Part shown: positions 18,248 through 27,650 of the stretch, piece by piece
Numbering within the stretch: position 1 is the first letter of the stretch
Layout of the letters: each line of letters opens with the position of its first letter
Notes under the pieces: generated by a model
Seen by the model: the letters and a program-made list of their open reading frames with translations, nothing else
Databases searched by the model: none
Told to the model about the DNA's origin: nothing
From: an uncultured Actinomycetota bacterium
GTDB taxonomy: Bacteria > Actinomycetota > Actinomycetes > CAWDCV01
Assembly: GCA_963801015.1 (NCBI GenBank)
Contig: CAWDCV010000005.1
Location: 121,580 to 185,579 of the forward strand
Direction of reading: 5' to 3'
DNA length: 64,000 nt
Made by a program: the position numbers and the translations under genes

Positions 18248-18604
18248 CTAGGAAGCGGCTGGGATCAGCGCGTCGGGAGCAACACCCATCTCGGTGCGCC
18301 GATCGGCATGGGTAGAACTATGTACGTCGGCTGTGAGATAGGGGCGGTGGAGGACGTACCGCACGTACCACAACAGCATGAGTGCAGTGCTCACCACGTA
18401 GAACCCGTGCAGCCACCAGATCGGACCGGCCGGCAAATGCACGACGTAGATGGTGTGCACCGCGTTGCCGACGTTGTTCAGAAGGATCTGACTCAGGCTG
18501 TACGAGCCGAGGTCCTTGGTTCTCGCCGCCTTGAGCAGCATCGGCAACGTACCGACGGCGAAGATGACCGTCGACACGATGCCGGCAAAGACAGCGATGT
18601 TCAT
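18248..18604 (-). CDS. Small membrane protein (PQ-loop-like segment; paralogous to 21925..22164, possibly CBU_0592-like family)
   Basis: 118 aa, about 3 TM helices; TLPMLLKAARTKDLGSYSLSQILLNNVGNAVHTIY aligns with [18 protein letters not shown] of the 21925 ORF. Confidence 0.5.
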   Translation of the reverse strand: MNIAVFAGIVSTVIFAVGTLPMLLKAARTKDLGSYSLSQILLNNVGNAVHTIYVVHLPAGPIWWLHGFYVVSTALMLLWYVRYVLHRPYLTADVHSSTHADRRTEMGVAPDALIPAAS

Positions 18605-18698
18605 GCGCCGGACGCTACGAACTGAGTCGACGGTTCCGCGTCGGGCGGATCATCCAACGTCGCTCGAAGGTAGATGCGAAATTCTGCGTACGCGCGCG

Positions 18699-20333
18699 CT
18701 ACATGAGGTCGTGCTCGTAGGCGTACGCGGTGGCTCCGGACCGGGACGACACGTTCAGCTTCAGGAAGATGTTGCTGATGTGACGGGCAACCGTCTTCTC
18801 GCTGAGGAACAGGTCTGCCGCTATAGCGCGATTCGTCTTCCCGGTGGCGACGAGACGCAGCACCTCGACTTCGCGCGGGGTCAAGGGCCCTGCGCTTCTC
18901 GGGGCAACGCCCATGAGCGCCGTAGTCCGGGCGAGCTCGGGAGCGGCGCCGAGCTGTTCGAACACCGTGCTCGCGGCATGGAACTCCATGCGGGCACCGT
19001 CCTCGTCACCCAGTTCGCGGCAGGCCTGTCCGATCAGTACGCGTGTGCGCGCGGCCTCGTACGGTGCGTCGAGCTCCTGCCACGTCCACCAGGCAGCCCG
19101 CAGCGTGCTCAGCGCCGCACTGGCATCGTGCTCAGCAATGAGGACAGCGCCGTGCGCGCACGCAGCGATGGTCCGGATCAACGCCGCATCGAGGACGTCG
19201 GCGATCTGCATCAGCTCGTCAGCAGTACTCCGCGCCGCCGCGATGTCTTTCGTGGCCAGCATGATCTCGACGTGCGCCCTGAGAAGCTGGGCGCGCCGGC
19301 GCGGATCGCCGGGTTCGCTGATAGCTCGGCGGATAGCCGCCTCGGCCGCACTGGAATTGCCCTGGCCGAGACGCAACAAAGCAAGGCCAGGCTGCGGATC
19401 GTGCCCCCAATCGCTGGCTTGCTCGTACGCCTGCTCGGCCATGGCCGCCTCGCCACGGAGCCGGTAGAGCTCCGCCTGCTCATAGCGCGCCATCCCCAGC
19501 GCTGGCCGCCCCTCCAGGTTGTCGCATGCTCGCTGCGCCTCGTCGAGGGCATCGGGCCAGGCGCCGTGCAACTGCATGACCTGGACACGGTGCACGAGGC
19601 ACTGACCGCGATACGGCACGAGGTCAGGTTGCGAATCACACCACCGCGTGAGCGCCGCGGTCCACTCCTGTGCCCGCCGCAGATCGAAGACAATCTGACA
19701 GGCATCGATCACGGCGCAGTACACGAGACCCACGACCATCGGGGACACCTGGTCGGCGGTGATGGTGACCATGGCCTCGTCGAGCAGTCGGACGCCGTCG
19801 ACGACCTGTCCCTGCGCGACAAGCCCCTGTCCCGTCCCGAGCTGACCCAGGGCAATCAGGTCGGGGTCGTCGAAGCGCCGAGCGATCTCGTACACCTGTG
19901 CAAACGTCTCGTGCGCCGTGACGCCGTCGCCGGCGTACAGGCTCTGCACAGCGACGGGAACAAGCAGGTAGCCACGCTCGACGATGTCCCGGTCGTCGTC
20001 CAGCATCCGCTGGCCGCGACTCAGCCAGCCACCAGCGGTGGCCATCTCGCCGCGCAGGATCAACCCGAAGCCGAGCCAGAACGCGCACCGGATGGCTCTT
20101 CCTGTGTCGCCGACCCGGAGGTACTCCGCATGGGCCCGAGCCCACAGATCGGTGCTTTCTGCCTCTCGTCCGATGAGGTACGCCGCGGCCGCGAGCAGCA
20201 TGAGGTCCGCGGGCCCCAACGACGACTGACTGTCGGCCACGGACAGCTGAGCGAACGCCTCCGCCCATGAGCGGCCGGCGAAGGCTGCCCGCCCGCGCTC
20301 GAGTTCGTCGACGACTTCCGCGCTCGCGTCCAC
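18699..20333 (-). CDS. LuxR-family transcriptional regulator with large N-terminal TPR-like domain
   Basis: 544 aa; C-terminal LTPREVEVLRLVATGKTNRAIAADLFLSEKTVARHISNIFLKL is a LuxR HTH. Confidence 0.85.
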   Translation of the reverse strand: MDASAEVVDELERGRAAFAGRSWAEAFAQLSVADSQSSLGPADLMLLAAAAYLIGREAESTDLWARAHAEYLRVGDTGRAIRCAFWLGFGLILRGEMATAGGWLSRGQRMLDDDRDIVERGYLLVPVAVQSLYAGDGVTAHETFAQVYEIARRFDDPDLIALGQLGTGQGLVAQGQVVDGVRLLDEAMVTITADQVSPMVVGLVYCAVIDACQIVFDLRRAQEWTAALTRWCDSQPDLVPYRGQCLVHRVQVMQLHGAWPDALDEAQRACDNLEGRPALGMARYEQAELYRLRGEAAMAEQAYEQASDWGHDPQPGLALLRLGQGNSSAAEAAIRRAISEPGDPRRRAQLLRAHVEIMLATKDIAAARSTADELMQIADVLDAALIRTIAACAHGAVLIAEHDASAALSTLRAAWWTWQELDAPYEAARTRVLIGQACRELGDEDGARMEFHAASTVFEQLGAAPELARTTALMGVAPRSAGPLTPREVEVLRLVATGKTNRAIAADLFLSEKTVARHISNIFLKLNVSSRSGATAYAYEHDLM

Positions 20334-20355
20334 GGGTCACCGCCCCTCGATCCGG

Positions 20356-20895
20356 TTGGCAATGTACTCGCCGGTTACCTGCCAGAGTCGCGGCGTGGAC
20401 ATATCAATACGATTCGACGAGCCTGAACACCCTGACGGCGTCGCCGACTTTCTGCGCCGGCATAATCACGCGCGGGTGACCCGCCTGGGGCAGCTGCTCG
20501 TGGCCTTCGAGCATCCGGCGCTCATTGCGGAGCGCGACGACGGGAGCATCGTGGGCGTGCTGACGCTGCGATTCGACGATGCTGAGAGTGAGGTCCTGAC
20601 TCTTCACGTCGACGATCAACGGGGCGGGATCGGGACCGCCTTGCTGGAGGAAGCAGCTCGGCTCGCCAGAGATCGGGGTGGTCGGCGGCTGTTCCTGGTC
20701 ACCACGAACGACAACGTCGATGCACTGCGGTTCTATCAGCGGCGAGGCTTTCGGCTGTGCGCGCTGCACGTCGGAGCTGTCGACGAGAGCCGTGAGACGT
20801 TGAAGCCGGAGATTCCGGCTATCGGTGAGTACGGCATTCCTCTCCGCGACGAGCTGGTGTTGGAGCTCGCCCTGACACCATTCGATGCTGGGTAG
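20356..20895 (+). CDS. GNAT family N-acetyltransferase
   Basis: ..VDDQRGGIGTALLEEAARLARDRGGRRLFLVTTNDNVDALRFYQRRGFRL (acetyl-CoA binding motif A/B). Confidence 0.75.
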   Translation: MAMYSPVTCQSRGVDISIRFDEPEHPDGVADFLRRHNHARVTRLGQLLVAFEHPALIAERDDGSIVGVLTLRFDDAESEVLTLHVDDQRGGIGTALLEEAARLARDRGGRRLFLVTTNDNVDALRFYQRRGFRLCALHVGAVDESRETLKPEIPAIGEYGIPLRDELVLELALTPFDAG

Positions 20896-20906
20896 GGTCC
20901 GGGCTC

Positions 20907-21914
20907 ATGGAGCAGCTGCGGATTGGCATCTTGGGCGCATCACGCATCGCGACCCGCGCTCTGATCGAGCCTGCTCAGGCTGCCGGAGCGCGCGTCGTCG
21001 TCGTCGCTGCTCGCAACCGAGATCGAGCCGAGGCGTACGCGCAGGAGCACGGGATCGAGCGGGTCGCGGACTCTTACCAGGACGTCATCGACGACCCCGA
21101 GGTCGAGGCGGTCTACAACCCCCTCGCCAACGGGCTGCATGCTCCGTGGAACCTCGTGGCTATTGCTGCTGGCAAGCACGTGCTCTCGGAGAAGCCGTTT
21201 GCATCGAACGCCGACGAAGCGGCGGAGGTACGCGACGCGGCACAACGAGCCGGCGTGCATGCTGTCGAGGCGTTCCACTACACCTACCACCCGGTGATGC
21301 AGCGACTGCACGAGGTGATGTCGTCGGGCGAGGTCGGCGAGCTGCGCAGCGTCGAGACCATGACCGCGATCCCGGCGCCGGGTCCAGACGACCCCCGGTG
21401 GTCGCTTTCGCTCGCCGGTGGGGCGCTGATGGATCTCGGTTGCTACAACCTGCGGGCGTTGCGAGAGCTCGCGCCGTACGGGGGCGGTGAACCCGCACTC
21501 GTAGGGGCGCGTGCTGGGGAACGCAAGGGTGCACCTGGTGTCGACGAGTGGATCGACGCTGAGTTCGCGTTCCCCTCCGGTGCCACCGGCCTGATGCGCT
21601 GCAACATGAGCGCAGCCGATCCCGAGATCTCCCTGCACGTTACGGGCACGCGCGGTCAGGTCATCGTGCCTACCTTCGTCGTCCCGCACTGGGAACCACG
21701 CGTCATGATCTATACCCCGGAGGGCGAACGCACGGACGAACTCAGCCCCCGGACGTCGTACGCCTACCAGCTCGATGCGTTCACGATGCTGGTGCGCGAG
21801 GGCGTACCCATGCCAACAGACAGCGACGATGCCGTAGTGAACATGCAGCTCATCGACGCGTGCTATCGCGCCGCTGGCTTCGAGCCGCGACCGCGTTCGC
21901 CGCGCATCGCGTGA
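20907..21914 (+). CDS. Gfo/Idh/MocA family oxidoreductase
   Basis: [15 protein letters not shown] Rossmann start, EKP motif (HVLSEKPFA), 335 aa. Confidence 0.88.
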   Translation: MEQLRIGILGASRIATRALIEPAQAAGARVVVVAARNRDRAEAYAQEHGIERVADSYQDVIDDPEVEAVYNPLANGLHAPWNLVAIAAGKHVLSEKPFASNADEAAEVRDAAQRAGVHAVEAFHYTYHPVMQRLHEVMSSGEVGELRSVETMTAIPAPGPDDPRWSLSLAGGALMDLGCYNLRALRELAPYGGGEPALVGARAGERKGAPGVDEWIDAEFAFPSGATGLMRCNMSAADPEISLHVTGTRGQVIVPTFVVPHWEPRVMIYTPEGERTDELSPRTSYAYQLDAFTMLVREGVPMPTDSDDAVVNMQLIDACYRAAGFEPRPRSPRIA

Positions 21915-21924
21915 GGACCGTCTG

Positions 21925-22164
21925 ATGGATCAGGTCATTCAGGTCGGGGGCGCGCTGCTCATCCTCGTCGCATTCGTTGCCGCCCAGCTGGGGCGACTCG
22001 ACCCGCAGGCCTGGTCGTACCTCATTCTCAACCTCGTCGGAAGCGCCATCCTCACCGTCGACGCCTACCTCGGGCGCGAGTGGGGGTTCCTGCTGCTCGA
22101 GGGCGTGTGGGCGCTGGTCTCGGCGTACGGCATCGTGCGCAAGACGCAGGGCCGGACGCCCTAG
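21925..22164 (+). CDS. Small membrane protein (CBU_0592-like, tentative); paralog of 18248..18604
   Basis: 79 aa, two hydrophobic helices. Confidence 0.5.
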   Translation: MDQVIQVGGALLILVAFVAAQLGRLDPQAWSYLILNLVGSAILTVDAYLGREWGFLLLEGVWALVSAYGIVRKTQGRTP

Positions 22165-22917
22165 TCAAGGAGAGATCAGCAGCCACAACCCGGCCGCGAG
22201 CGTGGCCAGGATTGCCACCATCTCGAAGACGCGGCGCGAGCTGCGCTGCACGAAGCGGAAGCCGACGAACGCGCCGACGAGCAGTCCTGGCACGAGAACC
22301 AGGTCGAAGAGCAGGCTCTGCCGCGTGATGAGCCCAAGGTTGACGCTGAACGGCAGCTTGAGCAGGTTGACGGCGAAGAAGAACCACGCGACGGTTCCCA
22401 TGAAGCTCAGCGCGGTGACACGCATCCGCAGCAGGTACAGCGTCATCATCGGGCCGCCGGCGTTGGCAATCATGGTCGATGCGCCGGCTCCCACACCGAG
22501 CAGCGTGGAAACGGGTGAGTGGGCGCGGATGTGAATGTTGATGGCCGCTCCCGGCCGGCGCCGGTAGAGCTCACCTGCGGCGCTGACGACGAGGATGGCC
22601 CCAATCAGCCGGGTCAGGGTGACCGCCTCGGCCGTTCGTAGCAGCAGGAAGCCGAGCGCCAGTCCGACCAGGACGCTGGGCAGCAGCCGGACCAGGACCT
22701 TGACCATCGCATGCTGCCGATACAGCGCGATGGCGATGACGTCGCCGAGGATCAGAATCGGCAGCGCGACACCTGTTGATGGCACGGCAGGCAGGACCGT
22801 GGCCAGCATTGCGACGCCGAAGGCGCCGATAGACGGAACGCCGGTCTTGGCCGCCCCGAAGACGAACGCGGCAAGGAGCCCGACGACGAGCTGGGGCGCA
22901 CCCAGCTCGAGCGCCAC
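22165..22917 (-). CDS. Sulfite exporter TauE/SafE family membrane protein
   Basis: 250 aa, about 8 TM helices, two-repeat TauE pattern with Gly-rich helices. Confidence 0.82.
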   Translation of the reverse strand: MALELGAPQLVVGLLAAFVFGAAKTGVPSIGAFGVAMLATVLPAVPSTGVALPILILGDVIAIALYRQHAMVKVLVRLLPSVLVGLALGFLLLRTAEAVTLTRLIGAILVVSAAGELYRRRPGAAINIHIRAHSPVSTLLGVGAGASTMIANAGGPMMTLYLLRMRVTALSFMGTVAWFFFAVNLLKLPFSVNLGLITRQSLLFDLVLVPGLLVGAFVGFRFVQRSSRRVFEMVAILATLAAGLWLLISP

Positions 22918-22924
22918 TCAGGTA

Positions 22925-23296
22925 TCAGTCTCGGGCGGGCAACTGCTGCAGCGTCCAGGCGTTGTCGTCGGGATCCTTGAAGAACGCGAAGGACCCCCAC
23001 GACATCTCATCGACCTCGGTGACCTCGACACCGTTGTCGATAAGCTGCTTGCGAACGGCGCGCACGTCGTCGACGACCACCTGGATGCCGCGTTGCGTTC
23101 CCGGCTCCATGTCGCTGATGCCGGTGCCGAACGCGATCGACGCGGCCGAGCCGGGCGGTGTGCACTGCACGAAGCGCAGCTCGTCGGTGACCTGCTGATC
23201 GAAGTCGGCGTTGAACCCCAACTGGTCCACGTAGAACGCCTTGGCGCGATCGACGTCGGTCACCGGCACGAAGATGAGCTCAATCCTCCAGTCCAT
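22925..23296 (-). CDS. VOC family protein (glyoxalase/bleomycin-resistance fold)
   Basis: MDWRIELIFVPVTDVDRAKAFYVDQLGF...FFKDPDDNAWTLQQ. Confidence 0.82.
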   Translation of the reverse strand: MDWRIELIFVPVTDVDRAKAFYVDQLGFNADFDQQVTDELRFVQCTPPGSAASIAFGTGISDMEPGTQRGIQVVVDDVRAVRKQLIDNGVEVTEVDEMSWGSFAFFKDPDDNAWTLQQLPARD

Positions 23297-23344
23297 GCGC
23301 CCACTCCATCACACCCGTCCGACAGTTCTGCCCACCACCGCGAG

Positions 23345-23388
23345 TTGTCCGAACGACGTGACGCCCCGGCGTCACTCCGTTCGGACAA
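23345..23388. promoter_or_regulatory. Nested perfect inverted repeat (11-bp outer arms TTGTCCGAACG/CGTTCGGACAA and 8-bp inner arms GTGACGCC/GGCGTCAC) between the MerR and VOC genes
   Basis: Read directly: ttgtccgaacg acg tgacgcc cc ggcgtca ctc cgttcggacaa. Lies 18 nt after the MerR stop and about 50 nt before the VOC start; no T-tract. Confidence 0.5.
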
Positions 23389-23406
23389 GTCACGAGGAGG
23401 GGCGCG

Positions 23407-24165
23407 CTATGACAGGCGAGCCGACGCGTAGGCCGCCATGGCGTCGCGCAGGTACGCCGAGAGGCCCGACCGCGTCGCGTCGATGTTCTCCGTGAATCGC
23501 GGATCGTCGACGTAGAGCCGACCGAGGCCGGTATACGACTCCGCATTCGGCGTCCAGAATCGCGACACCCACCGGTAGTGCAGATCGACCGCATCCAGCG
23601 TCCGCGGATCGTCCACGGCCACGCCGGCGTCCATCAGGGCCGCGATTCGCTCGTGCGCCACCCGCGACTGCACCTGGATCTCCTGCACGTCCTGCTTCGT
23701 CCAGCTGGCCATTCGCGCCTTCGAGTCGTCCACGACCTCGTCGCCGTACAGCTGGCGCGCCTCTGCCTCGTACGCGCGCTGCTTGTCCGCATCGAAGCCC
23801 TCGAACCACTGCTCCGGGTGCTCCGTCATCTCCTCACCTCCCTCCAACTCCTCGATCGTGCGGCCGATGGTGTCGACCAGCTGCTGCAGCCGGTCCCGCT
23901 CGCGAACCAGCATCCGGCGATGCCGTCGCAGGACGGCAAGCCGATCGCCGGGCTCGTCGAGCACCGACCCGACGGCATCCAGCCCGAGCCCGAGCTCGCG
24001 CAGCAGCAGGATTTCCTGCAGCCGCAGCAACTGGTCGCGCTCGTAGTAGCGATAGCCGTTCGACCCCACGTACGCCGGAGGCAGCAACCCCACCGCGTCG
24101 TAGTGTCGAAGCGTTCGCGACGTCGTTCCCGACATTCGCGCCACTTGAGCGATCGACCAACTCAT
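23407..24165 (-). CDS. MerR-family transcriptional regulator, TipAL-like (N-terminal MerR HTH + C-terminal TipAS-type domain)
   Basis: MSWSIAQVARMSGTTSRTLRHYDAVGLLPP..YRYYERDQLLRLQEILLLRELGL (MerR HTH and coiled coil) with a TipAS-like C-terminus. Confidence 0.88.
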   Translation of the reverse strand: MSWSIAQVARMSGTTSRTLRHYDAVGLLPPAYVGSNGYRYYERDQLLRLQEILLLRELGLGLDAVGSVLDEPGDRLAVLRRHRRMLVRERDRLQQLVDTIGRTIEELEGGEEMTEHPEQWFEGFDADKQRAYEAEARQLYGDEVVDDSKARMASWTKQDVQEIQVQSRVAHERIAALMDAGVAVDDPRTLDAVDLHYRWVSRFWTPNAESYTGLGRLYVDDPRFTENIDATRSGLSAYLRDAMAAYASARLS

Positions 24166-24202
24166 GCATCGACGATAGAAGTTGACGTTGCGTCAAGGTC
24201 AA
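24163..24202 (-). promoter_or_regulatory. MerR-type autoregulatory promoter: -35 TTGACC, 19-bp spacer carrying dyad TTGACGttgCGTCAA, -10 TATCGT; predicted leaderless transcript
   Basis: Minus-strand reading: TTGACC (24202-24197), a 19-nt spacer (24196-24178) containing the palindrome at 24182-24196, TATCGT (24177-24172), and ATG at 24165. The overlong 19-bp spacer with an internal dyad is the MerR-family hallmark. Confidence 0.6.
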
Positions 24203-25167
24203 GTGACTAACTCACGCACGAACGCCAGCTGCTCGCGAATCTGGAACGCCTCGCCGCCTTCGTGCTGGTTGTACGGGTACACCACCATCCGCTTCGGCCC
24301 GGCGTAGCTGTTGTACGCGGCGTACACCGTCGACGGCGGGCAGACCGCGTCCATCAACGCGACGGAGAACAGCGCCGGCGCCGTGCCACGCCGCGCGAGG
24401 TTGACGCCATCGAGATAGGCAAGCGTCGCGAAGACGCGGTCGACGCGGTCGCGATGGGTACGGCAGTACCGCGCGACTTCCGCGTACGGCAGCTCGTCGG
24501 TGATCGAGGCAGCGCGCCGTACGTCGCACAGGAACGGCACGTCGGGCATGACCGCCACCACGTCATCACACAGGGCCGCGGCCGCCAGGGCAATCGCGCC
24601 ACCCTGGCTGCGACCCGCGACGATGACACGACGTGCATCGACCCGTGGATGCGAGCGGGCCGTCTCGACGGCGCGGACGGCGTCGGCGAACACCCGCCGG
24701 TAGTAGTGCTCGCGCGGATCGTCGATGCCGCGAGTGAGGAAGCCGGGCACGCTCGGGCCGCTCGATCCGGCATCGCCGGTGTCGCCGGAGATCCCATCAC
24801 TGCCTTGCCCTCGGGTGTCCATGACGAGCTGCGCGCAGCCAGCGGCCGGCCAGAGCGTCCACTCCTGCGGCAACCCCCTACCGCTGCCGTACCCCATGAA
24901 CCGGACGACGCAGGGCAGCGGCTCGTCGTCGACGTACGCCGGGAGCAGCAACCAGGCCTTGATGGGATGGCCGGCGAATCCGGCGTACGTCACGTCGAAC
25001 GCCTCGACGCCGGGGAGCAGCGCATCCACCGCTTCGAAGCGCGCGTCGAGCGGGTGCAGCCGCGTCTCGGCCAGAGTCTGCGACCAGAACGCGTCGAAGT
25101 CCTCAGGCTCGTCGCGTTCGGGGACGTACTGCTCCAGTTCAGGCAGGGGCAGATCGAACAGCGGCAT
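24199..25167 (-). CDS. Acetylxylan esterase / cephalosporin-C deacetylase (CE7, AXE1 family)
   Basis: 322 aa; ..VVAGRSQGGAIALAAAAL.. nucleophile motif (GxSQG) and AXE1 N-terminal region. Confidence 0.82.
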   Translation of the reverse strand: MPLFDLPLPELEQYVPERDEPEDFDAFWSQTLAETRLHPLDARFEAVDALLPGVEAFDVTYAGFAGHPIKAWLLLPAYVDDEPLPCVVRFMGYGSGRGLPQEWTLWPAAGCAQLVMDTRGQGSDGISGDTGDAGSSGPSVPGFLTRGIDDPREHYYRRVFADAVRAVETARSHPRVDARRVIVAGRSQGGAIALAAAALCDDVVAVMPDVPFLCDVRRAASITDELPYAEVARYCRTHRDRVDRVFATLAYLDGVNLARRGTAPALFSVALMDAVCPPSTVYAAYNSYAGPKRMVVYPYNQHEGGEAFQIREQLAFVRELVT

Positions 25168-25218
25168 GGATTCTCCTCGCGGTGAAGCACTGTCGGGGGT
25201 GTACGGCAGGATCGCCCC

Positions 25219-26760
25219 ATGCTGCTCGCCCGGCTCGCCGCTACCTCGACCGCGGTGCGCGGGACGTCGGCGCGGTCGGCGAAGATCGCCCTCATCGCCG
25301 CCTGCCTGGCCGACGCGGAGCCGGACGAGATCGAAGCGACCGTGGCGTACCTGTCGGGCGATCTGCGACAGCGACGGACCGGGCTCGGTTACGCGTCGCT
25401 GCGCGATCGACCCGCTCCCTCGGCCGTCCCCTCGGTCCAGGTTGGCGAGGTGGACGAGACATTCGAGCGCATCTCCAGCCTCAGCGGCACCGGCTCGCAG
25501 ACCGAGCGCCGACGGCTCCTCGCGGACCTGTTCGCCCGGCTCACCGAGGAGGAGCAGGGGTTCGTCGTCGGCCTCGTGTCGGGTGAGCTTCGCCAGGGTG
25601 CGCTCGAGGGCGTGATGGTCGAGGCCGTCGCGCGGGCCTCCACCGTGCCTGTGGCCGACGTTCGCCGCGCCGTGATGCTGCGCGGCTCGCTGGGGCCGGT
25701 AGCGGCGGTCGCGCTGACGGAGGGCGGGGAGGGCCTCGACCAGTTCCGGCTGACTGTCGGGCGAGCGCTACAGCCGATGCTTGCGCAGACCGCCGACAGC
25801 ATCGATACGGCGCTGGAACGCATTCATCCAGCCGCGATCGAGTGGAAGCTCGACGGCATCCGGGTCCAGGTTCATCGCGACGGGCAGGACGTCCGAGTCT
25901 TCACCCGCACGCTCGACGACATCAGCGCCCGGGTGCCCGAGGTCGTGGAGGCCGTGCTCTCGCTCCCCGTCCGATCGATCGTGCTGGACGGGGAGGCGAT
26001 AGCACTCGCCGAGGACGACCGGCCACGATCGTTCCAGGTCACCGCGAGCCGGGTGGGCACCAAGACTGACGTCGCAGCTCAGCGTCGGACAACACCGCTC
26101 ACCGTGATGTTCTTCGACATCCTCTCCATCGACGGGGACGACGTGCTCGCTCTCTCGGGTGCCGCGCGCGCCGCGCTACTGATCGCGTTCGTGCCCGAGT
26201 CGCTGCGCGTTCCCCGCATCGTCACCGATTCGGTCGACGACGCCCGCGCGTTCCTCGACACCGCGCTCAAGCGCGGTCACGAGGGTGTTGTCGTCAAGGC
26301 CCTCGACGTCGCGTACGAAGCAGGAAGGCGGGGCACGGGCTGGGTCAAGGTGAAGCCACGTCACACGCTCGACCTCGTCGTGCTCGCCGTCGAATGGGGA
26401 CATGGCCGCCGGCGGGGATGGCTGTCCAACCTGCACCTCGGGGCACGTGATCCCGAGACCGGCGAGTGGGTCATGCTCGGGAAGACATTCAAGGGATTGA
26501 CCGACGCGATGCTGACGTGGCAGACCGAGGAGCTGTTGCGGTTGGAGACCTCGCGCAACGACTGGCAGGTGTTCGTCCGTCCCGAGCTCGTGGTCGAGGT
26601 GGCCTTCGACGGGGTCCAGACGAGCCCTCGCTACCCCGGCGGCATGGCGCTGCGCTTCGCCCGCGTGCTGCGCTACCGGCCGGACAAGCGCGCGGAAGAC
26701 GCCGACACCGTCGATGCCGTGCGCGCCATCCACGAGGGCACGACCGCCTCGGCTTCCTAG
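25219..26760 (+). CDS. ATP-dependent DNA ligase
   Basis: 513 aa; adenylation motif I KLDGIR (..AIEWKLDGIRVQVHRDG..), motifs ..EGVVVK.. and ..WVKVK.. Confidence 0.88.
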   Translation: MLLARLAATSTAVRGTSARSAKIALIAACLADAEPDEIEATVAYLSGDLRQRRTGLGYASLRDRPAPSAVPSVQVGEVDETFERISSLSGTGSQTERRRLLADLFARLTEEEQGFVVGLVSGELRQGALEGVMVEAVARASTVPVADVRRAVMLRGSLGPVAAVALTEGGEGLDQFRLTVGRALQPMLAQTADSIDTALERIHPAAIEWKLDGIRVQVHRDGQDVRVFTRTLDDISARVPEVVEAVLSLPVRSIVLDGEAIALAEDDRPRSFQVTASRVGTKTDVAAQRRTTPLTVMFFDILSIDGDDVLALSGAARAALLIAFVPESLRVPRIVTDSVDDARAFLDTALKRGHEGVVVKALDVAYEAGRRGTGWVKVKPRHTLDLVVLAVEWGHGRRRGWLSNLHLGARDPETGEWVMLGKTFKGLTDAMLTWQTEELLRLETSRNDWQVFVRPELVVEVAFDGVQTSPRYPGGMALRFARVLRYRPDKRAEDADTVDAVRAIHEGTTASAS

Positions 26761-27155
26761 CGCACGCTCGAACGATCGCGGGGATACCGGTCAGAACGAC
26801 GGGCATAGACGATCGTCCCGACCAGGAAGAGGCCGCTCGCGATCATGAGGATCGCGCTCAACACATTGACGAACGGAACATCGAGGTCGGTCATGTCCGC
26901 GATTCCGATGGCCATCAGGCCGGTCGCGAACAGCGCAGTGCCGACAGCCCTCAGTCGGCTGCGCGCGACCTCGTCCATGCCCTGGTGCGCCTTGTTCGTG
27001 GCGTAGTCCAGGGGCCGCTTGGCCCAGGCGAACTGGGTCGCGAGCACCGCGAGCCCGGCGGCGACGAGGACGAACCCCGGGCCGGGCAGGACGAGGAGGG
27101 CGATACCGGTGAGCGTCAGCACGCCACCGACCAGCGCCACGGCAGACCGCTTCAC
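26757..27155 (-). CDS. PGPGW domain-containing membrane protein (TIGR02611-like)
   Basis: GTG at 27155 behind SD GGAGGAGG, overlapping the HIT stop (GTGA). ..LLVLPGPGFVLVAAGLAVLATQFAWA.. is the PGPGW signature. Confidence 0.68.
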   Translation of the reverse strand: MKRSAVALVGGVLTLTGIALLVLPGPGFVLVAAGLAVLATQFAWAKRPLDYATNKAHQGMDEVARSRLRAVGTALFATGLMAIGIADMTDLDVPFVNVLSAILMIASGLFLVGTIVYARRSDRYPRDRSSVR

Positions 27156-27592
27156 CCCACCTCCTCCTGTGCCGCAACGTCGAGGGCCGCGGTAATGGTT
27201 CCCGCTACCCGCGCGGCGTGCGCATCGTCGTCGTACTTCCGCCGGGGACCGAGCCACCATCGCAACCCGTCCCCGCGGCGACGCGGGATCACGTGCAGGT
27301 GCAGGTGCGGCACGCTCTGGCTGATGACGTTGTTGATGAGCGTCATGCTGCCGTCGGCTTCGGTTGCGGTGACCACGGCGCGATCGAGCCGCTGCGCGAC
27401 GGCGAAGAAGTGCGACAGCAGGTCTGCGGGCAGGTCCGGCAGGGTCGCTACGTGCACCCGCGGGACGAGCAGGGTGTGGCCGAGGAACAGCGGCTTGACG
27501 TCGAGGAACGCCTCGACGCGGTCGTCGGAGTAGACCCGGTGTGCAGGCGACTCACCGCGAACGATCGCGCAGAACCCGCACGGTTTCGCCAT
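27152..27592 (-). CDS. HIT (histidine triad) family protein
   Basis: MAKPCGFCAIVRGESPAHRVY... and HLHLHVIPR triad. ATG at 27592; the track ORF starts 15 codons earlier. Confidence 0.85.
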   Translation of the reverse strand: MAKPCGFCAIVRGESPAHRVYSDDRVEAFLDVKPLFLGHTLLVPRVHVATLPDLPADLLSHFFAVAQRLDRAVVTATEADGSMTLINNVISQSVPHLHLHVIPRRRGDGLRWWLGPRRKYDDDAHAARVAGTITAALDVAAQEEVG

Positions 27593-27650
27593 GACACACA
27601 GCCTGCCAGCGGGGTAGAAGACAGCGAGATGGGGCACGCTCGCAGCATCT

